A stretch of 64,000 nucleotides of DNA from Hemiscyllium ocellatum (lineage: Eukaryota). Positions 38,126 to 49,140 of this stretch are shown piece by piece. The stretch is taken from the NCBI RefSeq assembly GCF_020745735.1, contig NW_026867509.1, positions 1,178,001-1,242,000 of the forward strand, read 5' to 3'. Below the pieces are notes generated by a model. That model did not search any database and was not told where the DNA came from. It saw only the letters and a program-made list of their open reading frames with translations. Positions within the stretch are counted from its first letter, which is position 1. The number at the start of each line of letters is the position of its first letter. Both the position numbers and the translations under genes were made by a program.

Positions 38126-39639
38126 ATGATCTATGTCAGTTTATTTTTGTTGATTTCAGCAAGCCCATTCGAGTCAGGTAGACAATATTGTGGAAATGAT
38201 CCTGATTCAGGGCTCCTTGACCTTTTATCTAAATGCATCTCCGGTTTTTCTCCTTCATTCAAGAACTCCCAACAAGACCTCCATTACAAAAAAAGTGTGC
38301 ACCTCTTTAAATGTTAATCCTCTGCGTGTATTTATGTCTGTGTTTTTGTCTACAGTTCCAAGTACAATAGACAACATTTTATCAGATGGGGGTGGGGGCG
38401 GCAGAGGTGCGTGCAGTTGAATGGATTTTGATGTATTTTAAATGGTGCAATCCACTCTCTTCTGGCGGTTCTACATCACTACCCAAACCAAGGGTGAAAA
38501 CCATCAGGGATTACATCACAGGAATCATAGCAGTGTACATCACCATTCAACTAGCATCAACAACATTCCACACAGGTAACTTTGAGAAATACAGAGGTGG
38601 TCAGTATGATTGAGCTGTTTCCAAAATGCGAACGTACCTGGATATGAGAGATCAGAAGGTCCTACCAGACCAAAATTGTCACCACAGCGAGCACTGGAGA
38701 CAAGGACATTGAATACCCAGCTGTATTTTCCCTTCCATACATGACAGTAGAGTATTGTTTTTCGTGTCTGTGTCAGTTTTCATGTGTGCACAAGGATGTT
38801 CTGGTAGTGCATTGTTGTTAAAGAATCAAGTATCTATTCATTTTTAACGATTTCTGATTCGTGTGAAATGTAGAATCCTGGTCTGTGCATTTTATTAGCC
38901 TGATTCTGGAGGGCTCTGATAAAATAGTTCACTTTAGGGATGACTCCAGTAATTTCCCCAGTTTCACAAAATCTCCGTCTATCTCTGAATTAGCATCTTT
39001 ATCTCTGGCACTGAAGTTAGATTTATACATGTCCATCCCTCAGGTACTGTGAGGTCAGTCAGAATCAGCAGGTGTCTAGACTCGATAAGAGACCACTGCC
39101 TTTTGAAGAAGGGAGATCCAAAGTTATGCAACATTCTGAGAGAATTGTTTCCCCCCATTTCTCTCTTAAATCATGTCTCCACATTTGCAGCTATTGCCCT
39201 TAGGCTTAGGTTCGCTTGCCCGCCAAAACACAAAATATAGCCCTGAAGAAAATTCCAAAGGGAAGTCCTGGAATACAGGTTCCTTCGTCAATCACCTGTC
39301 GCTTGTGCAGCTCCTCAATTCGCCACAAGGTGGTGCCATCATGCCATTTTAATTGGAAGTTAGCAACAAGTACAGACAATTCCAAATGAATTCATTCGAG
39401 CTCCACACCAAACTCCTAAAGTGCGCAGAAATGGCCACACAGTGATAGACACACATATAAACACAACCATACACAAGCATGCACACACAGACAGAAACAC
39501 ACAGAAAGACATACCTCAACAGCATATCTAATACACATAGACACACACAGACAGAAATAAAAAGATGCACACATAGAAATACACAGATACAAAACACACA
39601 TGGTACATGCGCACAGAAGCACATATGTTTGGCTTAGCA

Positions 39640-40270
39640 ACTATAAACGTTGGCAATTAGGAAAACAAATGTAACGTTAGCATTTATTTCTAGAAATTGC
39701 AATGCAAAAGGAATACGGCATTCCTTCCATTATATAAGGCTGTGGTCAGACCGAATTCTGAATATTGCTAATATTTTAGTGCCCCGCCTCTATGAAAGGA
39801 TGTGTTGTCTTTGGATGGGATACAGAGGAGGATTACAAGAATGATTCAGGTGATGAAGAGCTTGTCATATGAGGAACAGGTTAGGACCCTGAATCTCCAC
39901 TCAATGGATTTAAGAACAATAAGAGGGCTCTTATGGAAATTTACAGAATACTGAGAGTCCTGAATGGAGAGACTGGGATGCGAGGGCAAAGTCTGAGAGA
40001 GAAAGATGACCCTTAAGAACTGTACTCAAGAGGAATTTGTTCAGGAAAAGGGTGGTGAATCTGTTTAAGCAAATCCTACAAGATGATGCGGAGTCCAAGT
40101 CTTTGGGTTTATTTAAGATAGAGATAGATAAGTTATTTATTGCTAGGGATATCAAGGGTTACAGGGAGCAGGCAGGAGTTTGGGTTTGAGCGTAATATCA
40201 GCTATATCAAATGGTGAAACAGACTGGAAGGGCCGCATGGTTTACGTTTGCTCCTATATATGCTTTACTC
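39640..40270 (+). mobile_element. CR1-like LINE 3-prime end
   Basis: GCAATTAGGAAAACAAATGTAACGTTAGCATTTATTTCTAGA..GACTGGAAGGGCCGCATGG. Confidence 0.8.
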
Positions 40271-41215
40271 GACTTTCTTTCAGTTTCCAAACTATTTGTA
40301 CACCCATCTGTACTCCAAAAATGTCAGGGTTCAACTTTGTTATAATCAACAGTAAAAATAATGCATTAATGCTATTTGAAGAATATTTCACAAGGTTTGT
40401 ATCTCTGTGTTTGTATAATTGTGTATGTGTGAGAGGGAGACAGAGAGAGAGAGAGAGAAATAAAGAGAGAAATATGCAGAGAGAATGTGAGTGATCTTAC
40501 ACAGACCCCTGTGGAAGAATTTACTGCAATGTGCAGTCAGTTTTGTTCTTCATGTTGTACATAATAGAAATAAATATTCACATCGAATCAGTCAGATGAA
40601 GCATACCATTTTAACGTGTAAATCGATATTTCAGAATAGTACGGTGCCCTTCTCTTATTAAACGGAGTGCAGTCACACGATGGAATAAAACTACAGTTTC
40701 AACCGGGAGAAAGATATCCTGAAATAATTCTATACTGGAAGTGCCGTTGAAATGCAGAGTACAACCACATCACATTGTTACATTAGGAAGGACACTATGC
40801 CTGTTTTCATTAAGCAATATCTCGTGAACTGGAGTCAGTGGTGAGAATTTGCACCTGGTAATTACTTGCACATGCTATTACAGTGTACTGTGAACCTATG
40901 ATAAAGAAAGAAATTGAAAGGTAGTGGTACAATGATCTGACAGACAGTGAGAACAGTTGTCAGTGTAAAAAGCTGTTACAGAAACAAGCAGCAAGAATAA
41001 CTTCTACAGTAAGTTCAACAAGAAGGCAACTCCGAATAATACGTGAAGATCGAGTTATTCAACTAAATTCCTCTTATAAATAAAATTATTATTTAGAGTT
41101 TCACAGCTTTTGACAGAAGTTCAATGAACAACTGCTTTCATCGACCTTTATTTGTATTGGATTATGTTTCAAATATGTGGAATCCTCTTGCTTTTTACCA
41201 CTCTGTTCTCCGCAG

Positions 41216-41497
41216 AGTTGACTGGAGAAGATGGAGTAAAACAACTTCCTTTGCGGATTGTGGGAAGTAAAATTAGAATTGTGTCCATGACCTGTTCCAT
41301 TCCTATCACATTTACGAAAATATATTGGCAAAGACAGCTCCCGAATCAAACAATTCAGCATCTGATGACGGTCACAGGAAATGACGATCAAGGCAACATT
41401 ACCACCACTTCAATCACAGGAGACTACAAAATCCGCACCAGGACTGTGAGAATTGCAAGAGTTGTGATACTGCTACCTTCCTCTCCACCAAGTGGAC
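41216..41497 (+). pseudogene. TCR gamma-like (or other Ig-type) V pseudogene (V3)
   Basis: EDGVKQLP..VSMTCSIPITFTKIYWQRQLPNQTIQHL.. keeps the first Cys and the Trp. After a frameshift DTATFLSTKW replaces DTATYYCxxW; a terminal xW suggests TRGV. No convincing RSS. Confidence 0.7.
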
Positions 41498-42244
41498 ATA
41501 CTTCACAAACAGATAGTGAATCCTCAAAAATGCTGCGTAGAATGGGAGTTGCACTATGCTGATTTTGAAGTATCACTGCTACTAATTCAGGACTCCTAAA
41601 ATCCGAGTGTGTGAGGCATGAGGGCAAGAAACAATAGAAAATATGGATCAACAAAAGTTAAAAATGGTCATAAGTGAAGACATTTAGATGTGCTGCCGGA
41701 GATGAAGTAATAATATATTTGCAAGCCTGCAATATCGAAGAAGTAAGTATAGTAATAATACTTGCAGGAGGACATAATAGTGAAAAAAAGTATTGAAGGA
41801 TAAATGCAAGAAAGTGCAAACTACTGAATGTGATGCACAGAGGTTAATGATCAAGTTAACTCTCATCTGGATTAAAATTAAGGAAATATGTTGGTATTTT
41901 CTTCAACGTCATTCATTTTTCTGTAATAGTTATGCAACATAATCGTCATAATCAATATTCCTGAAAACTTCACCTTTGATATTTTCTCATAAATGAATTG
42001 TTCAGAAATGAACAAAAACGTCCAGAGCGACACTGAATGCAAAAGTACGTCAGTTAAACAGAAAGTTTAAGGCTAGATCTGCAATGGTTCCTCGAATTCG
42101 CGCTGATATCTGATACCTTTCATTTGAATGCACAGCTTTAAAATTATAATTGCTTTTTTGAAAGAGAGTAATACTCTCAATATAGTGAATAAAAAAAGTT
42201 ATTTATTTCGTGCCTTTCATGATACCCAAAATGTTTCATCGATA

Positions 42245-42715
42245 TTACAGGAGGCTGCAGAATTTTGGGGGCACAAATTGGTGGGGTGAGTACAATTGGG
42301 TGGGCTGCAGATTAATGCAGAGTGGGAAAAGTGAAATGGCACGAAAAGGGAAGAGAATAAAAAAGGGCTGAGGGTAAAATAAAACAAAACAGCGGGGTGA
42401 AATGGTGGAGAGAATAAAAACTAGAGGGAAAAGGTGAACAGACGGAATAAGGCAAAAAGGTAAAACAGGCATAATGGGAAACAGATCGCCAACTGAAGCA
42501 GGCGAAAAAAGGGCAAAGGGGACAATACTGAAGACAAAAGGTAGAGAGAAACGTGGCAGGAGAATAAAGGCAGAAGACAAAAAGGACAAGGAGACCAAAA
42601 AGAAATAAAGTACAAGAAAAAGACCGGGAGGAAGATAAATTAAAACGAGCGAGAAAAGGGACAGACAACGAAAAGAGAAGAAAAAAAACAGACAGGGTCA
42701 AAGAGACAGTGACAA

Positions 42716-42781
<66 letters not shown>

Positions 42782-43000
42782 AGAGAGACAGGGACGAAAA
42801 TAGAGAGAAACAGACGGGGCCGTGAGGTAGAAAGAGACAGGTTCCAAAGAATGGGCTGCCAGTGAATCACACAAAGAAAGAAAAACATAAAGGGAAGGAA
42901 TCAAAAGGAAGGGCTGTCAGAGAGAGAGAGAGATGGAAATAGTGTAAGAGAGAAAGAAGAATCAAGAGAGAGGGAAATAGGGAGACAGATAACGTTAGAG
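42245..43000. repeat. Purine-rich low-complexity region including (AC)31 at 42718-42779
   Basis: A/G-rich run with a perfect 62-bp AC dinucleotide repeat. Confidence 0.9.
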
Positions 43001-43169
43001 GTTATTCAGAGACAAATGGTGTTAAGGAAATATATAAAGAGGTCAAAGAAGAGTACTAGCTGTTTTGGGGGCTCTCATGATCTCAATGGCCCATGCGAGA
43101 CAGTCGTGGTTCGTGGGGTTTCTTTCATCCTCTCTTGCTTAGAACAGGGTGAACGTAAAGTCTGGGACA

Positions 43170-43740
43170 ATCTTAGCTTGTGCAACTCTCCCCACCAAAC
43201 CCCAAACACCCATGTCCCTTACCATTTAAATGTAAAAGATGTGAAACCTAACAGTATCCAAAACAGTCCATCCAGATGACACAGGGGTTCACATGTCTCT
43301 CTTCCAATCTAGTTAACTGCATCAGGTGGTACCAGTGTGGTCTTATCTATATTGGGGAAACCAATCATAAAGTTATAGGTAATAGTTCAACGAGCATTGC
43401 AGCTACGTCCTCAGGCACTGGCTGAACCTTCCAGTCACCACCCATTACAAGTCCCCCAACCAGTCTCTGTCTGACATGACATGACCTTCCTTGACCTCCT
43501 CCACAACCAAAACAAACGACAGAACAAATTAGAGGAACAACACGTCATCTTCCGCCATGCAGTTTAGAGTCCAGAAGACTCAAATTGACTTATCCAATTG
43601 TAAATACCTTGCCTCTCGTCCACCCGTCTCCCTTCCCAGCCCCTCCCTAACACTTCCACTGCTGCCTGACAACAACCAAATTCATTTCTCCCATTTACCA
43701 GGTCGTATCACTACCTGTCTTCACCTTTCTCCACTTCACT
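43170..43740 (+). mobile_element. Penelope-like element, GIY-YIG endonuclease region
   Basis: ..PKQSIQMTQGFTCLSSNLVNCIRWYQCGLIYIGETN.. matches PLE FTC-x-S-x-N-VYCIRC..YIGET. Confidence 0.8.
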
Positions 43741-43982
43741 CGAAATGGGAGACAGCACAAAATAAGAGGAACCAGAAGAAAACCATATAGAGGATAGACT
43801 CCTCAAGTAATAGTGATTGGTCCGCAGATGACGTAAAATCGTTGATACCAGTCAGTTGCCAAGCGAAGAAACTCCTCTTAATCTCTGAGGAAGCGAAAAC
43901 TGTCTCTAATCTGGGTTGAGTCACTGGTGAAATGCCTGAAGCGTAAAAATAGAAGTGTGATGTATACAACCAAACCAATACG

Positions 43983-44028
43983 ATATACACGCTGGCTTCG
44001 TTACCAACAGTAATTGTTGTGCAATCCA
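43983..44028 (+). pseudogene. Leader exon of V4 (start reads ATA)
   Basis: IYTLASLPTVIVVQS, phase-1 donor A/GTGAGT, 86-nt intron to acceptor TTTCATACAG at 44114. Confidence 0.55.
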
Positions 44029-44114
44029 GTGAGTCAGAACAAAAAATTCCATTTTGCGTTTCACTGATCATATTTATTCGTATACTGTTGATGCATTCTA
44101 CCTATTTCATACAG

Positions 44115-44350
44115 GAACGAATGGGAAAGATTGAAGTCTGCAACATATTCATTCACTAAGGAAATACTGTAACATTAAATTCCACTTGCACGGCAAAATA
44201 TAGTGTACCCACTATCTTCAGGCACGTTCAATATGCCAGATAAGGTACGAAATATTTACTGAGGAGATTCGTAAAAGAACATGTTGATGAGTGTTCAGAC
44301 TTCTGAGATCGGTTTTCCACCAACGTGGATGAAGAAAGGAAAATGATTCC
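44115..44350 (+). pseudogene. TCR delta/alpha-like V pseudogene V4, 5-prime part (split by ERV)
   Basis: ..GNTVTLNSTCTAKYSVPTIFRHVQYAR*GTKYLLRR..DF*DRFSTNVDEERKMIP, ending in ATTCC at the ERV. Confidence 0.85.
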
Positions 44351-44690
44351 TGTCGTGGAAGTTAAATTGACTCGACTCAACTATTAGCAAGAGAAAAAAA
44401 AAGTCAGTATTTTTAACCTCTGCATGCAGAGGGACCAAAGCACTTTGAAAAATTGCTTTGTGAAAGAGCACTTGAGCATAATTCAGAAACTCTTCTTATA
44501 ACATTCTTATTACGGTCTCAAGGACAAAGACTGGGAAAATTCAACTTGTTATTTTGTCATTCCTTTGTTGTGGACATGCTGTTCTTATATTTTCCTTAGC
44601 TCAAATCTGAAATTGACTGCTCACAAGGCCAGTTTGAATGTTTACAATCTTCTGCACAGACAAGCTGTCCCTCGACTGCAGACTTCAGCA
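44351..44690 (-). repeat. ERV 3-prime LTR (lacks its first ~87 nt)
   Basis: Colinear with 47214-47557; roughly 80-85 percent identity by eye. Confidence 0.85.
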
Positions 44691-44880
44691 TTTGAAACGG
44701 TCCCAGCCACCACTTCGCTTTCCAGTTTTTCCTCCTGAAGTCTTTCACTACCATACAGTCTCCATTTTCTAGATCGTGCAGCTTCCCTTTTGCTGGTTGG
44801 GGTAGTGCTGCTTTCATTTGATTCTTCATTTCAGACAAAAGTGTAACGAGTTCATACAGTAACACAACGTTCATTCCTCA
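44691..44880 (-). pseudogene. pol: Retroviral integrase C-terminal remnant
   Basis: ..LHDLENGDCMVVKDFRRKNWKAKWWLGPFQ, the L-x-PGD-x-V-x-VK..W-x-GPFQ integrase tail pattern. Confidence 0.75.
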
Positions 44881-45399
44881 AAGTGACTTGTTATCTGTCT
44901 TAACTTACGTCTTGGGTCAATTCCTGTATTGGGCGGTCTATCAAACAAAATCTCAAATGGACTAAGATTAGCTCTTCCTGTCCTCCTGGATCTTATATAC
45001 ATAAGCACAATCGGAAGTTTCTTTTTCTATGTCACCTATGGTTCCTCACAATATTGTGTCAATTTATTTTTTAAAGTAGCATTTTCTCTTTCCACTGCCC
45101 CACCGCTCGCTGGCTGGTAGGCACTGTGTTGTCTCATGATTAGTCACAAATAATGACTTATCTGCTGTAAGGCATTATTGACAGTTGGTGTCCCATTGTC
45201 ACTACAAAACATTTCAGGGATGCCCTTGTATCTCCAAAACAGGAAACTGGTGTACTTTCCACATATAACATCGAGGTAGGCATTGACTTATATGCATCAT
45301 CATTGCACTGAATATATGGTCCATGCTCTGCAATCTAAGCGCTCAATATGGGGTTGGGACTTTTTTCAGTGCCCGTAAGGTTAGTAGAAGAGATTAGCA

Positions 45400-46640
45400 C
45401 AAGCGAGTCTTCATTGCCAAGGGAAAGAGGGTTACCTGTACCTTGTGGGCTGCCCACCTCCACCTCAGCCTTCCCCTGTCTCTCATTCTGCTGCCCAGCC
45501 TCCTGGGCCGATTGGGACTGATTTTGCGGGCACTGCCTCGCCCAGTGGTCCACTGCTCTGCAAACATAGTTGCCACGAGATCTACCGCTGCCAATGCCTC
45601 CTCTGTTCTCTTTATTCTGCAGCACCTCCATCCAACGTCTGGGCTACCATCTGCATCATAGTAAGCTGAGCTTTATACGCTTCTTCCATCTTCAATTTCC
45701 GCTCATCCTTCAGCATGTATCACATATTGTTCTATCAAATTTAGCTTTCCCGTGACCCAAGTAATACATGTGTCTTTTATCTTTTTCGCTATTTCATCCT
45801 TCATTCCATTGATGAAGCTGTTCATCAGATGTGCCTCATACAGCGTGATTTATGCCACCGTTATGTCTTCAGGTGGTCTCAGTCCACTATGGGCATTATG
45901 GACTTCAGTGAGGCGCATAAGAAACGAGAAGATGTTTCATCTTCTCGATGTCAACACATTGCTATTTTGGTCGTGTCCATTCGCACTGGGAATGATTCCC
46001 TACAGCCAGTGGCCAGTGCTGGAACAAAAGCATTAAAATCGTTGTTCTTTTCTACTTGTGGGTTGGCTGCTCTGGCATGGACGTTTGCAGCTGGCCATTT
46101 ATTACTTCTCTTGGGCTTTTTGCTTTAATCTGTTGCGGGTACGAGATGCTACCGGTGATTCAGCAGACCCTGAGGTGTCAGCTGCCGACTGGGAACCTTC
46201 GCCAGGCGAACCTTGGAGGAGGGCTGTAAGTCTCAGAGGGCAGTCATAAAGGTCAGGTTCTGAAACAGACATCAGACACTGTACAGCTTCAATTGGTTGT
46301 TTTCCACGCGTCTGCATGTGTGCTGATGTTTGTACACGTAATTGATCTATCTTTTACTTGATCCTTTGTCTGATATCAGCCTCAGCCTTCCACACGTTAC
46401 AAGCACTCCAAATCACAACTTCTATTTTTCCCTTCCATTTCACCTTCTCTCTCTCCTCCAACTTCGACCTCAAAATGTCTAACTGTCTTTTACTAAAACT
46501 TCCACCCTCCAGAAACCACCTTCCTTAATTCACAATTCTAACTGCTTTAAAGACGCTGGACCGAAATTATTTAGCCTCTACTGTAGTTTTGGTTGGCCAT
46601 TACATGTCCTCTGTGGACCCTCTTTTTATTTGCTCTTGCC
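45400..46640 (-). pseudogene. gag: Retroviral gag remnant (MA-CA-NC)
   Basis: ..WFLEGGSFSKRQL.. (MA-like), YEAHLMNSFINGMKDEIAKKIKDTCITW (CA C-terminal-like), degenerate zinc knuckle GNYVCRAVDHWARQC; several stops. Confidence 0.85.
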
Positions 46641-47194
46641 AGAGCCCATTTTCCGCGTCACTCGAAAAGTTTTCAGGTCTCTCTCTCTCTCTCTCTCTCT
46701 CTGTACCGTTATCATTTCCCTTTTGCTTACTTTTGACCTCTAAAGGTCTCCTCTTGCATTGGGCGCGTCCACCTCAAAGTCTTGGTTTTTGTAAACCAAG
46801 AAACCAAGTACCCCGTACGTCTTTGCGAGTCCAACTCAGGCAGTGTTTGTTCCAAGTCAAAAACCACCCATAAACTCAATGTATCTTAACATTCTAGAGC
46901 GGGCAATCCCCTTCCGTTGCGGTTTTGCTCAAATACCATGGCGAGAGTTCACTGAAACCTTTTCTTGCTTTATTTATTCACTTTGAATGCGTCTCTGTGA
47001 TGGATTACTTAGGCTGCGACTCTTACCCTGACCATATTCGATTCGAACTCAGGCGCTGGGGCGATCCATAGATTCCCAGTCCTCTCACGTAAAGGGACCA
47101 TTTTAGCGCTCGAGATGAAGTGAAAGACCTTCAAGCTGCTGGCACCTACACCTCCTGGGAATCTTCAGAATCCCACCCAGTCGCAGCGTCCAGT

Positions 47195-47206
47195 GACGAG
47201 CCCCCA
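47195..47206 (-). promoter_or_regulatory. Primer binding site complementary to tRNA-Pro
   Basis: Minus strand TGGGGGCTCGTC equals the first 12 nt of the MLV-type tRNA-Pro PBS, 7 nt inside the 5-prime LTR end. Confidence 0.8.
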
Positions 47207-47213
47207 AGTTTAC

Positions 47214-47644
47214 TGTCGTGGAAATTAAATTGACTCGACTTAACAGTTCGCAAGAGCAATAAAAAGGACTTTAATAATTTTAACCTCTGCATGTAGAGGG
47301 ACTAATACACATGGCAAAAATGTCTCATGCAAGGGCACTTGAGCATAATTCAGAAATTCTTCTTATCATATTTTATCACGGTCTCAAGGACAAAGACTGG
47401 AAAAAACTCAAATTGTTATTTTTTCATTCGTTTGTCGTGGACATACTGTTCTTATGTTTCCCTTAGCTCAAATCTGAAATTGACTGGTCACAAGGCCAGT
47501 TTCAATGTTTACAAAGTTCCACAGAGACAAGCTGTCTCTGGACTGCAGCATTCAGCAAAGTTGCAAAGTGCCAGAAAAGTTTTGAATTTCGGAAAACATT
47601 TCAGATTTCGTAGTAAATGTTAAATTTGGTAATTTTCCATTACA
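47214..47644 (-). repeat. ERV 5-prime LTR (431 bp)
   Basis: Starts TGTAATGG, ends CACGACA on the minus strand; followed by the PBS; flanked by the TSD. Confidence 0.85.
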
Positions 47645-47704
47645 ATTCCTTTGAGATTGGATCGTGCTCTTATCTCTGACAATCAATTCTCGTACAAGCA
47701 GGTC
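47645..47704 (+). pseudogene. V4 3-prime part
   Basis: ATTCCTTTGAGATTGGATCGTGCTCTTATCTCTGAC = IPLRLDRALISD, continuing the pre-insertion frame ..RKMIP. Confidence 0.75.
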
Positions 47705-47743
47705 CACACTGATACAAAGGTGCAATCAGGCGTAACTAAAACA
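47705..47743 (+). other. 23-bp-spacer RSS of V4
   Basis: CACACTG + ATACAAAGGTGCAATCAGGCGTA (23 nt) + ACTAAAACA. Confidence 0.85.
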
Positions 47744-48792
47744 AGCGAAACACTCTCGCCCCTTTCTTTGAATTAGACATTTGATCTGCATTGTGCATTG
47801 GTAATACATTCGGTATCAAAGAGACTCGGAGTAGGCCACGCATCTGTTTGAGTCCGTTGTGCCATATTATCATGGATTATCCTCTATATCAATTTCGCTA
47901 TTTTCGCTATTTTCATTCCCATCCTTTTGATGTGTTTTTAGAAATATCTACCTTGACATAGCAAAGACTAGATTTCGAGCAGAAGCTTATTCTGAGGTTC
48001 AGAATATGCGCCATTTTACATAAAATATTCCCAGCTGCGGGCATTTTTCATGATCAATGGCCAGATATTTTCAGGGAAGACCCTAGCACAGATAACATAA
48101 CATCATTCAGTATTACCCCTCATCAAAACTAATCAGAAGTTAAACCTGTCAGAGTGTCAGAAATGAATTGAAAATTTTGTGCACCAAGCGAATACTTGCT
48201 CTGTTCATCAGTTTACTTTACACTCACAGGGAGTACTGCAAACAAACGGATTCGTGAATAATGCAGAAAATTTTATGTGAGGCAGATCAGCAATGAGGAC
48301 CATGCTTGAAGAGCCAAGTGGCTTCCTTCAGCTCAGATACTGCGTTCTTGCAGAAAGACCTGTGACGTAGGAGACTGCATTGAAAAACAGATTGGGTGTC
48401 ACCTGGTGATCACCAGGAATAAACCAATTAGCACTGAGGCAGGATATAACTCAACACCAAATATAAGTTGAAAGGACTCGGCTTCAGCTTCGTCTGTGAA
48501 ACCTCGACCTTAACCTAAACGTTTGAGTTTCAATTCCTTCTGTTCAAACCCACCAACTACTCTGCAAACATGTCTGCAGTTACATTTTATATATTGACTA
48601 TAGCGGCAGTTCTCTGCACTGGTAAGTTCACCAAGTTGCAAAAAATGTTGACTTCTCCTTGATATATACACGGTGACGTCCCATGTAACAGTGTTTTCAT
48701 TGTACTTGCAATATGTTCTGTTATCTCTGTGACACATTGGAAAAAAAATATAATTCAAAACTGAACTCACTTTTACTTTGAAATTTCTGCAG

Positions 48793-49101
48793 GTGTTAAT
48801 TCTGCAGATTCGGTCTCGCAGGAGCCAACTAAAAAAAACAGTTTGAACGAGAATCTGTAACCATTAACTTCAGTTATTCAATCAAAGCAGCTAATTCATA
48901 TTCCATACAGCTGTACCGTCAAGGCACGGGTGAATCTGCAACATTCTTGATCTACATCCTTCAATCCGGTTATGTTTTCAGAACCAAAGGTGTGGGGACT
49001 CGGTTTTCCGTATCGTTGGATATTTCAAAACGTCAGGGGAATTTCACCATCGACGAGCTACGTCTGTCTGATAGCGCAGTGTATTACTGCGTGCTCAGAG
49101 A
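48793..49101 (+). pseudogene. TCR alpha/delta-like V pseudogene (V5)
   Basis: Acceptor TTTCTGCAG; GVNSADSVSQEPTKK, frameshift at an A8 run, then ESVTINFSYSIKAANSYSIQLYRQG..TRFSVSLDISKRQGNFTIDELRLSDSAVYYCVLR. First Cys is Phe and the conserved Trp is Leu. Confidence 0.92.
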
Positions 49102-49140
49102 CACTGTGACAGAAACCAGAGGAAGTCTCGGACAAAAACA
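49102..49140 (+). other. 23-bp-spacer RSS of V5 (near-consensus nonamer)
   Basis: CACTGTG + ACAGAAACCAGAGGAAGTCTCGG (23 nt) + ACAAAAACA. Confidence 0.92.

Larger units (their letters stand above)
44351..47644 (-). mobile_element. Internally deleted class I (gamma/epsilon-like) endogenous retrovirus
   Basis: Direct-repeat LTRs; termini TGTAATGGAA..TTCCACGACA (TG..CA, 8/10 inverted); TSD ATTCC at 44346-44350 and 47645-47649; tRNA-Pro PBS; gag and pro/integrase remnants; no env seen. Confidence 0.9.

Noticed and set aside
38340-38640. Decayed V (STLFW, HYPNQG)
   Set aside because: Motifs are scattered over three frames with neither Cys; no RSS.
40660-40860. Second gamma-like V (ILYW..ICTW)
   Set aside because: Trp-to-Cys spacing is 38 aa, well short of a V domain; no RSS.
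41650-41870. Hydrophobic minus-strand ORF as a GPCR fragment
   Set aside because: AT-rich, with no family motif.
42245-42904. Long hydrophobic minus-strand ORFs (up to 155 aa)
   Set aside because: Translations of the (GT)n repeat and pyrimidine-rich low-complexity DNA.
47790-48110. GPCR TM5-like fragment (WIILYINFAIFAIFIPILLMCF)
   Set aside because: Part of the hydrophobicity comes from a TTTCGCTAT tandem repeat, and no other GPCR motif is nearby.
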